Made by a program: the position numbers and the translations under genes
The notes under the pieces: generated by a model
The model's database searches: none
The model's input: only the letters and a program-made list of their open reading frames with translations
Told to the model about the DNA's origin: nothing
Shown: in pieces, positions 9,582 through 18,129 of the stretch
Layout of the letters: each line of letters starts with the position of its first letter
Position numbering within the stretch: position 1 is the first letter of the stretch
Origin: an uncultured Pseudomonadota bacterium
Lineage (GTDB): Bacteria > Pseudomonadota > Alphaproteobacteria > JACZXZ01
Direction: 5' to 3'
DNA length: 64,000 nt
Assembly: GCA_963749075.1 (NCBI GenBank)
Contig: CAVVLJ010000004.1
Coordinates: 352,001 to 416,000, forward strand

Positions 9582-10976
9582 TTGTCGAGAGAAATCGCCA
9601 TGTTGCCCGCGAGCGAGCTCGCGGCGCTCTTCCGCAAGAAGAAGCTCTCTCCCGTCGAGGCGGCCAGGGCCGCCCTTGCCCGCATCGCGGCGTTGAACGG
9701 CACGCTCAATGCCTTCAACCTGATCGACGAGAAGGCGGCACTTGCCGCGGCGCGGCGCGCCGAGCGGCGCTACATGAAGGGCGAGGCGCTCGGCCCGGTC
9801 GACGGTATTCCCGCCAGCATCAAGGATTTCTTCCTCACCAAGGGCTGGCCGACGCTGCGCGGCTCGCGGGCCATCTCGCCCGATCAGCCGTGGCTCGAGG
9901 ATGCCCCGGCGGTGGCGCGCCTGCGCGAGGCGGGGGCCGTCTTCCTCGGCAAGACCACGACGCCGGAGTTCGGCTGGAAGGCGGTGACCGACAGCGCGCT
10001 CACCGGCATCACGCGCAACCCGTGGAACCCGAAGATGACCTCGGGCGGCTCGAGCGGCGGTGCCGCGGTCGCCGCGGCCGCGGGCATGGGCGCCCTCCAC
10101 CTGGGCTCGGACGGCGGCGGCTCGATCCGCATTCCCGCGGGCTTCTGCGGCATCTTCGGCTTCAAGCAGAGCTGGGGCCGCGTGCCCGCCTTTCCGCCGA
10201 GCCCGTTCCAGACGACCTCCCATGTCGGCCCCATGACGCGCACGGTGGAGGATGCGGCACTCCTCCTCACCGTCATCGCCCGGCCCGACAACCGCGACTT
10301 CTATGCGCTGCCCTACAACGGCGCCGACTATCGCCACGGACTCAAGAGCGGGATCAAGGGCCTGCGCGTGGCCTTCGCGCCGACGCTCGGCAGCCATCGC
10401 GTCGAGCCCGAGGTGGCCGCACTCGTCGCCAAGGCGGCCAAGAGCTTCAAGGCGCTCGGCGCCCGCGTCGAGGAGGCGAGGCCCGAGCTCGGCGATTTCG
10501 GCGCGGTGTTCCAGACCTTCTGGGCCACGGGTGCTGCCGTGCTCATGAGCCAGTTCTCGCCCGAGCAGAAGAGCCTCATGGACCCGGGTCTCGTCGCCAT
10601 GGGCAAGGCGGGCGAGAAGATCGGCATCCTCGATTATTTCGCGGCGACCAAGAAGCGCGAGGCGATGGGCCTGGCCATGGCCAAGTTCCACGAGCGCTAC
10701 GATCTCTTGCTGACGCCGACCCTGCCGCTCGCGGCCTTCGAGGCGGGCCGGCTTGCGCCGCCCAGCGACGGGAGCGAGGGCTGGACCGACTGGACGCCCT
10801 TCAGCTATCCCTTCAACCTCACCAAGCAGCCGGCGGCGACCGTGCCATGCGGCCTCACCAAGGCGGGCCTGCCGGCGGGGCTGCAGATCGTCGGCCGCCT
10901 CCACGACGACGTGACCGTGCTGCGCGCGGCCGCCGCCTTCGAGGCGGCGCATCCCTGGCCGCTGCCGGAGCTCTGA
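9582..10976 (+). CDS. Amidase (amidase signature family)
   Basis: GIPASIKD, GKTTTPEFG, TRNPWN, GGSSGG, GSDGGGSIRIPA; TTG start after GGAGGA. Confidence 0.92.
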   Translation: MSREIAMLPASELAALFRKKKLSPVEAARAALARIAALNGTLNAFNLIDEKAALAAARRAERRYMKGEALGPVDGIPASIKDFFLTKGWPTLRGSRAISPDQPWLEDAPAVARLREAGAVFLGKTTTPEFGWKAVTDSALTGITRNPWNPKMTSGGSSGGAAVAAAAGMGALHLGSDGGGSIRIPAGFCGIFGFKQSWGRVPAFPPSPFQTTSHVGPMTRTVEDAALLLTVIARPDNRDFYALPYNGADYRHGLKSGIKGLRVAFAPTLGSHRVEPEVAALVAKAAKSFKALGARVEEARPELGDFGAVFQTFWATGAAVLMSQFSPEQKSLMDPGLVAMGKAGEKIGILDYFAATKKREAMGLAMAKFHERYDLLLTPTLPLAAFEAGRLAPPSDGSEGWTDWTPFSYPFNLTKQPAATVPCGLTKAGLPAGLQIVGRLHDDVTVLRAAAAFEAAHPWPLPEL

Positions 10977-10980
10977 GGCC

Positions 10981-12165
10981 GTGCGCATCGCCCTCGATCC
11001 GCGGGCGTCGCTCCCCGCCGACGCCGAGCGGGCGACGCTCGCCGGCCGCGCCTGGCTGCCCGGCTCGCCCGGCGGCCCGTCGCCCGTGCTGGTGATGCCC
11101 GTGGAGGTCGTCGACGTGGGCGAGAGCTATGCCACCATTGCCGAGCTCCTGGCCGAGCGGGATCCGGCGGCGGCGATCCGGGCGGCCGCCAAGGGTGGCG
11201 CGGCGATCGGCGCCACCGCGGCGGTGCTCGCCAATTCGGCCGCCGATGCACGGGATGCGGAGAAGCCGTTCTTCCTGGCGCCCTCCGACCTCCAGCCGGT
11301 CAAGGCCTGCGGCGTCACCTTTGCCGCGAGCCTCATCGAGCGCGTCATCGAGGAGCATGCGCGCGGCAACCCGGCAGGCGCCGAGGAGGTGCGGCGCAAG
11401 GTCATGGCTGAGCTCGGCGGCGATCTCGCGCGCGTCAAGCCGGGCTCGGCCGAGGCGATGCGGCTCAAGGAGCTCCTCCTCGCGCGCGGCCTGTGGTCGC
11501 AGTATCTCGAGGTCGGCATCGGGCCCGACGCCGAGGTCTTCTCCAAGGCGCCGCCGCTCGCCTCGGTCGGCACCGGGGCGGAGATCGGCATCCACCCGAA
11601 GTCGGTGTGGAACAACCCGGAGCCCGAGGTCGTCCTCGCGGTGAACGCGCGCGGCGGGATCGCCGGTGCCACGCTCGGCAACGACGTGAACCTGCGCGAT
11701 TTCGAGGGCCGCAGCGCGCTCCTCCTCGGCCGCGCCAAGGAGAACAATGCCTCCTCGGCGCTCGGTCCCTTCGTGCGCCTCTTCGACGCGCATTTCACCC
11801 TCGACGACGTGCGCAGCGCCAAGGTGGCGCTGCGCGTCGAGGGCGACGACGGCTTCGTGCTGGAAGGGGCGAGCTCGATGGGCGAGATCAGCCGCGATCC
11901 CGCGGAGCTCGTGCGCGAGACCATCGGCGCCCATCACCAATATCCCGACGGCGTGCTGCTCTTCCTCGGCACCATGTTCGCGCCGACCAAGGACCGCGGC
12001 AGCCCCGGCGGGGGCTTCACCCACAAGCTCGGCGACCTCGTGACGATCTCGACCGCGAGCCTCGGCGCCCTCGTCAACCGGGTCAATGACACGACCGCAG
12101 TCGCACCGTGGGACTTCGGGCTCGCCGCCCTCATGCACAACCTCAAGGCCCGCGGGCGGCTGTAG
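10981..12165 (+). CDS. Fumarylacetoacetate hydrolase family protein
   Basis: KACGVTF, WNNPEPEVV, GATLGNDVNLRDFEGRSALLL, GTMFAP. Confidence 0.88.
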   Translation: MRIALDPRASLPADAERATLAGRAWLPGSPGGPSPVLVMPVEVVDVGESYATIAELLAERDPAAAIRAAAKGGAAIGATAAVLANSAADARDAEKPFFLAPSDLQPVKACGVTFAASLIERVIEEHARGNPAGAEEVRRKVMAELGGDLARVKPGSAEAMRLKELLLARGLWSQYLEVGIGPDAEVFSKAPPLASVGTGAEIGIHPKSVWNNPEPEVVLAVNARGGIAGATLGNDVNLRDFEGRSALLLGRAKENNASSALGPFVRLFDAHFTLDDVRSAKVALRVEGDDGFVLEGASSMGEISRDPAELVRETIGAHHQYPDGVLLFLGTMFAPTKDRGSPGGGFTHKLGDLVTISTASLGALVNRVNDTTAVAPWDFGLAALMHNLKARGRL

Positions 12166-12191
12166 GGCCAGCGATCGCGAATTCGAGCGGT

Positions 12192-12243
12192 CACCCCCTC
12201 CCTAACCCTCCCCCCTTGAGGGGGAGGGTTAGGGAGGGGGGTG
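12192..12243. repeat. REP-like family C, near-perfect palindrome
   Basis: CACCCCCTCCCTAACCCTCCCCCC-TTGA-GGGGGAGGGTTAGGGAGGGGGGTG; related copies at 62756-62856. Confidence 0.8.
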
Positions 12244-12359
12244 GGCTACGCACTAATGATTCCTGGTACTAGGCGGTGCCGGAAACCAGAACTTGGCCGT
12301 TCCAGGGCTCTATCCTATCCATAACTATTTTTTAATTGTTCCCGGGTTAGTTTACCACC

Positions 12360-12455
12360 GTCGGTTGGAGCGTTGGAACCTCCCCGGTTCTCTTCCAGCC
12401 AGCATTGACGCCTCCCCGTTCAACTCGAGCCGCGGTTCGCCGCGGCTCTTTTTTT
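12360..12455 (+). ncRNA. Candidate small RNA with two CCUCCCC-loop hairpins and an intrinsic terminator
   Basis: GGTTGGA..AACCTCCCCGGTT..TCCAGCC and TTGACGCCTCCCCGTTCAA hairpins; GAGCCGCGG-TTCG-CCGCGGCTC-T7 terminator; AT-rich upstream region. Confidence 0.6.
12427..12455 (+). terminator. Rho-independent terminator
   Basis: 9-bp GC stem, UUCG loop, 7 T. Confidence 0.85.
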
Positions 12456-12514
12456 GCGCGCGCGAAGGTCAGGCTCAAGCCGTTCCGCGCGATACGGGAG
12501 CCGGCCATGCAGCC

Positions 12515-12607
12515 GCCATCTTCCACGCAGGGAAGGGCAATGCGCATGTGGCGTACCCGCTCGGCGAGGCGCGCATCCTCGTCATCGAGCGCAAGGGGAG
12601 CGCTTAG
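12515..12607 (+). pseudogene. C-terminal remnant of a cupin-domain gene
   Basis: IFHAGKGNAHVAYPLGEARILVIERKGSA* resembles the second cupin motif and C-terminus; no N-terminal part. Confidence 0.45.
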
Positions 12608-12804
12608 ATTAGAGAGCCAGATGAGAACAGAGAGGGATCGCAGCATTGAAATTCTTTTACGGCCTGCGACATATAAGCTTCACGCACGATTCACGCTTGA
12701 CTGCGACAACTAGCCGCATCTAGTCTTCGCTCCAGCGGTGAGTTGAATAGGGATGGGCGTCGTCAAAACAAGAAAGGCTGCCATCGAGTAGCCGCGAAGT
12801 TTCA

Positions 12805-12835
12805 GAGGGCCGCTTCTTGGGCGGCCCTCATTTTT
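12805..12835 (+). terminator. Terminator-like hairpin upstream of metY, after a 12-codon mini-ORF
   Basis: GAGGGCCGC-TTCTTGG-GCGGCCCTC-ATTTTT. Confidence 0.7.
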
Positions 12836-12992
12836 GCCGCCGCGGCGGCTTCTCGATCTTTGCGCGCGGCCCTCCCGGGTCGGCCCGTGAAGCGTCCGGA
12901 TATTTCCTCTATTCTGTGCGGCATGAGCGAGCGAGCCGTGGCGGTGCCGCGCATTCGCCATGCGGCCCGGAGGCTCCATCCGAGGCGAGGCC

Positions 12993-14288
12993 ATGATCGA
13001 CCCCAAGCATCTCAAGTTCGACACCCTCACGCTGCATGCGGGCCAGCGCCCGGATCCTGCGACCGGCGCGCGCGCGGTGCCGATCTACCAGACGACGTCT
13101 TACGTGTTCGAGGACGTGGACCACGCGGCCGCCCTCTTCAACCTCGAGCGTGCCGGCCACATCTACTCGCGCATCTCGAACCCGACGACGGCCGTGCTCG
13201 AGGAGCGCATCGCGGCGCTCGAAGGCGGCGTGGGCGCCGTCTGCACGGCGAGCGGCCAGGCCGCCCTCCATCTCGCCATCGCCACCCTGATGGGCCAGGG
13301 CGGGCACATCGTCTCCTCCGCCTCGATCTATGGCGGCAGCCACAATCTCTTCCACCACACGCTGCCGCGCTTCGGCATTACCGCGAGCTTCGTCGACCCG
13401 CGCGATCCCAAGGCCTTCGAGGCGGCGATCCGGCCGGAGACGCGGCTCGTCTTCGGCGAGACGCTCGGCAATCCCGGGCTCGAGGTGATGAACCTGCCGG
13501 AGATCGCCGCCATCGCGCACGCGGCCGGCCTGCCGCTCATGATCGACAATACCTTCGCCACGCCCTATCTCTGCCGGCCCTTCGAGCTCGGCTGCGACCT
13601 CGTCATGCATTCGGTCACCAAGTTCCTTGGCGGGCATGGGGTGGCGATCGGCGGCGTGGTGGTCGATTCCGGCCGTTTCGACTGGGAGGCCTCGGGCAAG
13701 TTCCCCACGCTCAGCGAGCCCTATGCCGGCTATCACGGCCTCGACTTCACGGAAGAGTTCGGTCCGCTCGCCTTCATCATGCGCGCGCGCACGGAGGGCC
13801 TGCGCGATTTCGGCGCCGCCATGAGCCCGCAGAACGCCTTCTATTTCCTGCAAGGGGTGGAGACGCTGCCCTTGCGCATGGAGCGCCACGTGGCGAACGC
13901 GCGCGCCGTAGCAACCTTCCTCGCTGAAGCCCCAGAAGTCGAGTGGGTGAGCTATCCCGACCTTCCGAGCCATCCCGACCACAACCTGGCACGGCACATC
14001 CTGCCCAAGGGTGCGGGCGCCATCATGAGCTTCGGCATCAAGGGCGGGCGCGAGGCGGGCCGGCGCTTCATCGAGGCGGTCAAGCTCTTCTCCCACCTGG
14101 CCAACGTCGGCGACGCCAAGTCGCTCGTCATCCATCCCGCGAGCACCACGCACCAGCAGATGGACGCGGCAGCGCTCAAGGCCGCGGGCGTCGGCGAGGA
14201 GCTCGTCCGCCTCTCGGTCGGGCTCGAGGACCGGGACGATCTCCTCGAGGACCTCGGGCAGGCGCTCAAGGCCTCCCAGAAGGCGTGA
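12993..14288 (+). CDS. metY: O-acetylhomoserine aminocarboxypropyltransferase (sulfhydrylase)
   Basis: LHAGQ.PDP.TGARAVPIYQTTSY, YSRISNPT, HSVTKFLGGHG (PLP lysine), HLANVGDAKSLVIHPASTTH. Confidence 0.92.
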   Translation: MIDPKHLKFDTLTLHAGQRPDPATGARAVPIYQTTSYVFEDVDHAAALFNLERAGHIYSRISNPTTAVLEERIAALEGGVGAVCTASGQAALHLAIATLMGQGGHIVSSASIYGGSHNLFHHTLPRFGITASFVDPRDPKAFEAAIRPETRLVFGETLGNPGLEVMNLPEIAAIAHAAGLPLMIDNTFATPYLCRPFELGCDLVMHSVTKFLGGHGVAIGGVVVDSGRFDWEASGKFPTLSEPYAGYHGLDFTEEFGPLAFIMRARTEGLRDFGAAMSPQNAFYFLQGVETLPLRMERHVANARAVATFLAEAPEVEWVSYPDLPSHPDHNLARHILPKGAGAIMSFGIKGGREAGRRFIEAVKLFSHLANVGDAKSLVIHPASTTHQQMDAAALKAAGVGEELVRLSVGLEDRDDLLEDLGQALKASQKA

Positions 14289-14307
14289 GCCCCAGGAGGC
14301 GTAAACA

Positions 14308-15096
14308 ATGGAGCTCGAGCAGGGCGGCAGCAACGTCTTCGCGGCGACGGGAGGCAGGCCCTTCGATGCGGCCAAGCCCGTCGTCGTCTTCCTCCACGGC
14401 GCCGGCATGGACCATACGGTGTGGGCCCTGCAGACGCGCTATTTCGCGCACCACGGCAGGAGCGTGCTCGCCCTCGACCTCCCCGGGCACGGCCGCTCCC
14501 AAGGCACGCCGCCCGCGAGCATAGCCGGCTATGCGGATTGGCTCGCGGCGCTCTTGACCGCGGCATGTGCCGCGCCCGCCGCCCTCGTCGGCCACAGCAT
14601 GGGTGCGCTCATCGCACTGGAGACCGCGGCTCGGGCGCCCGAGAAGGTGAGCGCCTTAGCCCTTCTCGGCATCGCCGCCCTCATGCCGGTGCATCGCGAT
14701 CTCCTCGCGGCGGCGGAGGTGGGCGATCCCGCGGCGGTCGAGCTCATGACGGCCTGGGGCTACGGCAAGCCCGCGCACCTGGGCGGACACCGCGTCCCCG
14801 GCCTCTGGCTGCTCGGCGGCGGCAGGCGCCTTCTCGGGCGCAGCGCCTCAGGCGTCCTCGCCAACGACTTGCGCGCCTGCGACGCCTATCGCGGCGGCCT
14901 CGAGGCGGCGGCGCGCATATCAGCACCTGCGCTCTTCGTGTTGGGGGAAGCCGACCGCATGACCCCGCCCAAGGCGGCCGCAGCGCTCATCGCCGCCCTC
15001 CCCGGCGCCCGCAGCATCGTGATCCCCGCCGCCGGCCACATGATGATGGTCGAGGCGCCCGACGCGACGCTCGCGGCGCTCCGCGGATTTCTCTGA
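14308..15096 (+). CDS. Alpha/beta fold hydrolase
   Basis: VFLHGAG, DLPGHGRS, GHSMG nucleophile elbow, DRMTP, AGHMMM. Confidence 0.9.
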   Translation: MELEQGGSNVFAATGGRPFDAAKPVVVFLHGAGMDHTVWALQTRYFAHHGRSVLALDLPGHGRSQGTPPASIAGYADWLAALLTAACAAPAALVGHSMGALIALETAARAPEKVSALALLGIAALMPVHRDLLAAAEVGDPAAVELMTAWGYGKPAHLGGHRVPGLWLLGGGRRLLGRSASGVLANDLRACDAYRGGLEAAARISAPALFVLGEADRMTPPKAAAALIAALPGARSIVIPAAGHMMMVEAPDATLAALRGFL

Positions 15097-15115
15097 GAGG
15101 CCGGGAACGCTCAAC

Positions 15116-15508
15116 TCATGACGCGAACGGGTTGGCGATGCGCAGGCGGCCATCGATCGCCAGTCCCGCCTGCATGTCCTCCGACCAGAGCGTGTCGCAA
15201 CCCGCCAGCAGCGCCGCAGCGGCGATCATAGCGTCATAGATCGAAAACCCGTAGCGCTCCGCGAGCGCCAAACCGGTCTCGTGGGTCTCGATAGTCATGG
15301 GTACGACCGGCAGGAGACCGCGAACGAGGGACAGGAAGCCATGCGCCTCGGTCCAGGACATGCGCATCTTGCGGCGGGCGACGTGGGCGATCTCGTTCAG
15401 CACTTGCACGCTGATCGTCCCGCCCTCGCCGATGAGAGCTTCGGCGCGATCGGCCTTGGCGGATTGGCCCGACGCGACATAGAGCAGCACGTTGGTGTCG
15501 AAGAAGCT
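15116..15508 (-). pseudogene. PIN-domain VapC-type toxin, 5' end cut by an IS630 end
   Basis: SFFDTNVLLY, ISVQVLNE, FSIYDAMI, LWSEDMQ; no start codon ahead of the DTN motif and no antitoxin upstream. Confidence 0.75.
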
Positions 15509-15535
15509 AGTGGATTGAATCAGACGTTTGGTACC
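15507..15535 (-). mobile_element. IS630-family right-end remnant
   Basis: Minus strand reads YQTSDSIH-TAG ending in CTAG, like the HQVLDSI end of the remnant at 16318. Confidence 0.55.
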
Positions 15536-15587
15536 ATGCGCGAAGCCCCGCCACCCCGCGCGACGACTACCGATTTGAGAGGATCGC

Positions 15588-16088
15588 CTAGCGCAGAATC
15601 TCCACCAGCAGCACCCAGGCGTTGAGCACCGAGAGGGCGAAGGTCAGGATCGCGCCGGCCGCCAGCGTCGGCAGTGCGGCGTCGGAGCCCGCCAGCATGA
15701 GGCCGGCGCCGACGATGAAGGGGACCGACATCGCCTGGCCCATGCCCAGCTCCAGGCAGATCTCGTGCGGGGGACGTCCATACGCCGCCCGCGCCGCCCG
15801 CGCCCGCACGGCCGATCGCACATGCTGGGCCCAGACCACCAGGCTGGCGACGAGCACCTCCAGCGCCATCGCCCAGCGCGGCTGCGGCATCAGGAACGCC
15901 AGGCTCGCCACCAGGATCAGCATCAGTGAGCCCAGCGTCGCCGCCGCCCGGGTCGGCAGGTGCTGGTACTTCAGGATCTCGCGGATGTTCACCGACAGTG
16001 ACACGAACAGCAGCCCCACCAGCGTCGCCGCCGCTCCGGCGCTGACCGTGAAGAACCCGTTCCAGCTCGCCGCCAACGCCCCGGTCAT
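15588..16088 (-). CDS. Hypothetical integral membrane protein
   Basis: About 5 hydrophobic helices; W..FF...AGAAATLVGLLFVSLSVN ... NAWVLLVEILR. Confidence 0.75.
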   Translation of the reverse strand: MTGALAASWNGFFTVSAGAAATLVGLLFVSLSVNIREILKYQHLPTRAAATLGSLMLILVASLAFLMPQPRWAMALEVLVASLVVWAQHVRSAVRARAARAAYGRPPHEICLELGMGQAMSVPFIVGAGLMLAGSDAALPTLAAGAILTFALSVLNAWVLLVEILR

Positions 16089-16317
16089 GGCGGGACCTTA
16101 AGGGCGCCGCGCAGGATTGGGAAGGAGCTTGTGATCTCGCCGCTATCGCGGCTCGCCTAGGTGACAATCTTCCCAGAGGACCCGCGTCGAATTAGGCGCT
16201 TAGACTAGCTCTCGCACGCTGTCAGAACGACAAAGGGGCGGCCCACTGCCGTCCCTGTCTTTTGGAGTTCCTATCGCCCTGGAGCGAGGCATTAGCCTCC
16301 ATTCGGTGGGGTGCGGA

Positions 16318-16577
16318 TCACTTGCAGATTGAATCCAACACTTGGTGCCCGCGCGCTGCGGCGGCGATGATTCTGTCCGGATCGGCGGTCCAGGTGAAGG
16401 GCTTGGATGTCTGGTTGTGCTCGGCGACGAAGCGGTTGATGGCGGCCTGGAGATCGACGACACCCCTAAAGACGCCGCGCTTGAGGCGGCGCTTGGTGAG
16501 AACGGCGAAGAAGCCCTCGACGGCGTTGAGCCAACTGGCCGAGGTGGGGGTGAAGTGGAAGGTCCAGCGCGGATGAC
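16318..16577 (-). mobile_element. IS630-family transposase C-terminal fragment
   Basis: HPRWTFHFTPTSASWLNAVEGFF..L..RRLKRGVF...PFTWTADPDRII. Confidence 0.88.
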
Positions 16578-17292
16578 CGCAGGAGGGTTCTTCAAGCGCT
16601 GGCGTGACGATAGAGCAGAGGCAGCGGTCAAGCGCGCGGAACTGCGGAGACTTTTCGAATCTTTCTTGCGTGACACAGAACCACTTGTCCCCCAAGGGTC
16701 CAACCATCCGAAGGCCGCACTATATCGACACGCATGGAAGCGCGCCGCAGTTCTAGAAATTATATATCAGCAAAAGTCTGATCAACGACTTACAACCCAA
16801 TTCCAAGAATTTGAGAAACTCGCAGTCAAACGATATTTCGAAGCCGCACCCGATGGTCTTTACGGGAAAGCCCCCCTTGTGATGGCAGAAAAGACGGCGG
16901 CTCGCCTTCTGGAGGTTGAGAAGCAGAGGCTTTTCCCTATCGAGGGAAAGCCGCCGCGCATTCGTCCTTTGGCATGTATCTATATTGGCACATGTGTGCA
17001 GGGGCGCGTTTACGTCGGCCAAACAGTCGGACCTCCAGAGTCCCGTTGGGTGCAGCATCGTTTCGGAGGAACGGGACCCTTTAAGAAAGGGGAGCTATAC
17101 GTGACGTGGAAAGTGGTCGAGGGCGGCATTGACCCGGCCGAACTCGATGAGCGAGAGTCTTATTACATCGGCCTCTACAACGCCAATAAGGAGGGTTACA
17201 ACGACACTATGGGGAACGATTGGAAGGCGTACGAGCGCGGCCAAGCAGAGCGCAATCGGCTCAATAGCCTGAGTTTTCCGCATAAGTCTTGA
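16573..17292 (+). CDS. GIY-YIG nuclease domain protein (N-terminus probably truncated)
   Basis: CIYIGTCVQGRVYVGQT..ESRW.QH and LDERESYYI..YN...GYN; lower GC than flanks. Confidence 0.7.
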   Translation: MTAGGFFKRWRDDRAEAAVKRAELRRLFESFLRDTEPLVPQGSNHPKAALYRHAWKRAAVLEIIYQQKSDQRLTTQFQEFEKLAVKRYFEAAPDGLYGKAPLVMAEKTAARLLEVEKQRLFPIEGKPPRIRPLACIYIGTCVQGRVYVGQTVGPPESRWVQHRFGGTGPFKKGELYVTWKVVEGGIDPAELDERESYYIGLYNANKEGYNDTMGNDWKAYERGQAERNRLNSLSFPHKS

Positions 17293-17369
17293 TTAATGCA
17301 ACGAGGCTGCCGTTAAACGCCGTGACTGACGCGAACCGGTGCGGCAGATCGCCCGCAGCGAAGAGCCGG

Positions 17370-17651
17370 TTAAGCCACTTCCAGCCGCTTGAGCTTTATC
17401 GCGTCGGCGCTGACTTGTGCGAGGTCGTACTGCGCCTGTTGCACGAGCCAGCTTTCGGCACTGCCGCCGAACACCTTGGACAGCCTGACGGCCATCTCAG
17501 GAGAAACTCCGCGCCGCTCGTTCACCAGTTCCGACAACGTCGTGCGCGTAACGCCAAGTGCGGCGGCGGCGGCCGTGATGGTCAGGCCCAAAGGCTCGAT
17601 GCACTGGCGCAGCACAAAGCCACCAGGATGGGGCGGGTTCTTCATCGCCAT
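17370..17651 (-). CDS. higA: HigA-family antitoxin (HTH)
   Basis: MKNPPHPG..L...[48 protein letters not shown]. Confidence 0.92.
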   Translation of the reverse strand: MAMKNPPHPGGFVLRQCIEPLGLTITAAAAALGVTRTTLSELVNERRGVSPEMAVRLSKVFGGSAESWLVQQAQYDLAQVSADAIKLKRLEVA

Positions 17652-17665
17652 GGCACAATCTCCCT

Positions 17666-17944
17666 TCAATGGTAATCAATGTAATCCACGTCCACCACGT
17701 CACGTTCGGCAAAGCGAAAGATCACCCGCCAGTTGGCGCGAACCGTCACCGCCCAAAAGCCCCTAAGTTCGCCTTTGAGCGGATGCAGCCGAAAGCCGGG
17801 CAAGTCCATATCCGCAACCGTACGGGCAGCATCGAGACGCACCAGAATGTCACGCAGCTTTGCCCTGTGCTCGGCGATCACGCCGCGCGGATCGTCGTGC
17901 TCGTGAAGCCGCTTCAGTCCTTTGTGGCGAATCGTCCGTATCAT
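17666..17944 (-). CDS. higB: HigB-family toxin (RelE/ParE superfamily)
   Basis: [13 protein letters not shown]...[31 protein letters not shown]...DYIDYH; toxin-first order. Confidence 0.92.
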   Translation of the reverse strand: MIRTIRHKGLKRLHEHDDPRGVIAEHRAKLRDILVRLDAARTVADMDLPGFRLHPLKGELRGFWAVTVRANWRVIFRFAERDVVDVDYIDYH

Positions 17945-17949
17945 CCCTG

Positions 17950-17978
17950 AACGTAATGCGTTACGTTACGGATGTCAA
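17950..17978 (-). promoter_or_regulatory. higBA promoter with overlapping palindromic operator
   Basis: TTGACA-N17-TACGTT on minus strand; inverted repeat ACGTAA-TGCG-TTACGT at 17951-17966. Confidence 0.7.
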
Positions 17979-18129
17979 AACGAGCCCTCGCGGCCGCGTC
18001 AATGCGGCTAGGCCAACCAAACCCGCCATGCTCCCAGCACGGCGCTCCGCATCGCCGCGCATGGGCGTGCGGCCTCGCCCACCGCAGCTGGTCCGAGACT
18101 TCCAGACGAAGTTCTCCTGCTGTGCCGCC

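Noticed and set aside
12251-12272. Possible IS/MITE end (CACTAATGATTCCTGGTACTAG)
   Set aside because: No partner inverted repeat or target duplication found in the window
12840-12992. SAM riboswitch upstream of metY
   Set aside because: No SAM-II or SAM-SAH consensus recognised by eye; cmscan would be needed to exclude it fully
16262-16576. 104-aa plus-strand ORF and the N-terminal part of the 316-aa ORF
   Set aside because: Antisense readings of the IS630 transposase remnant
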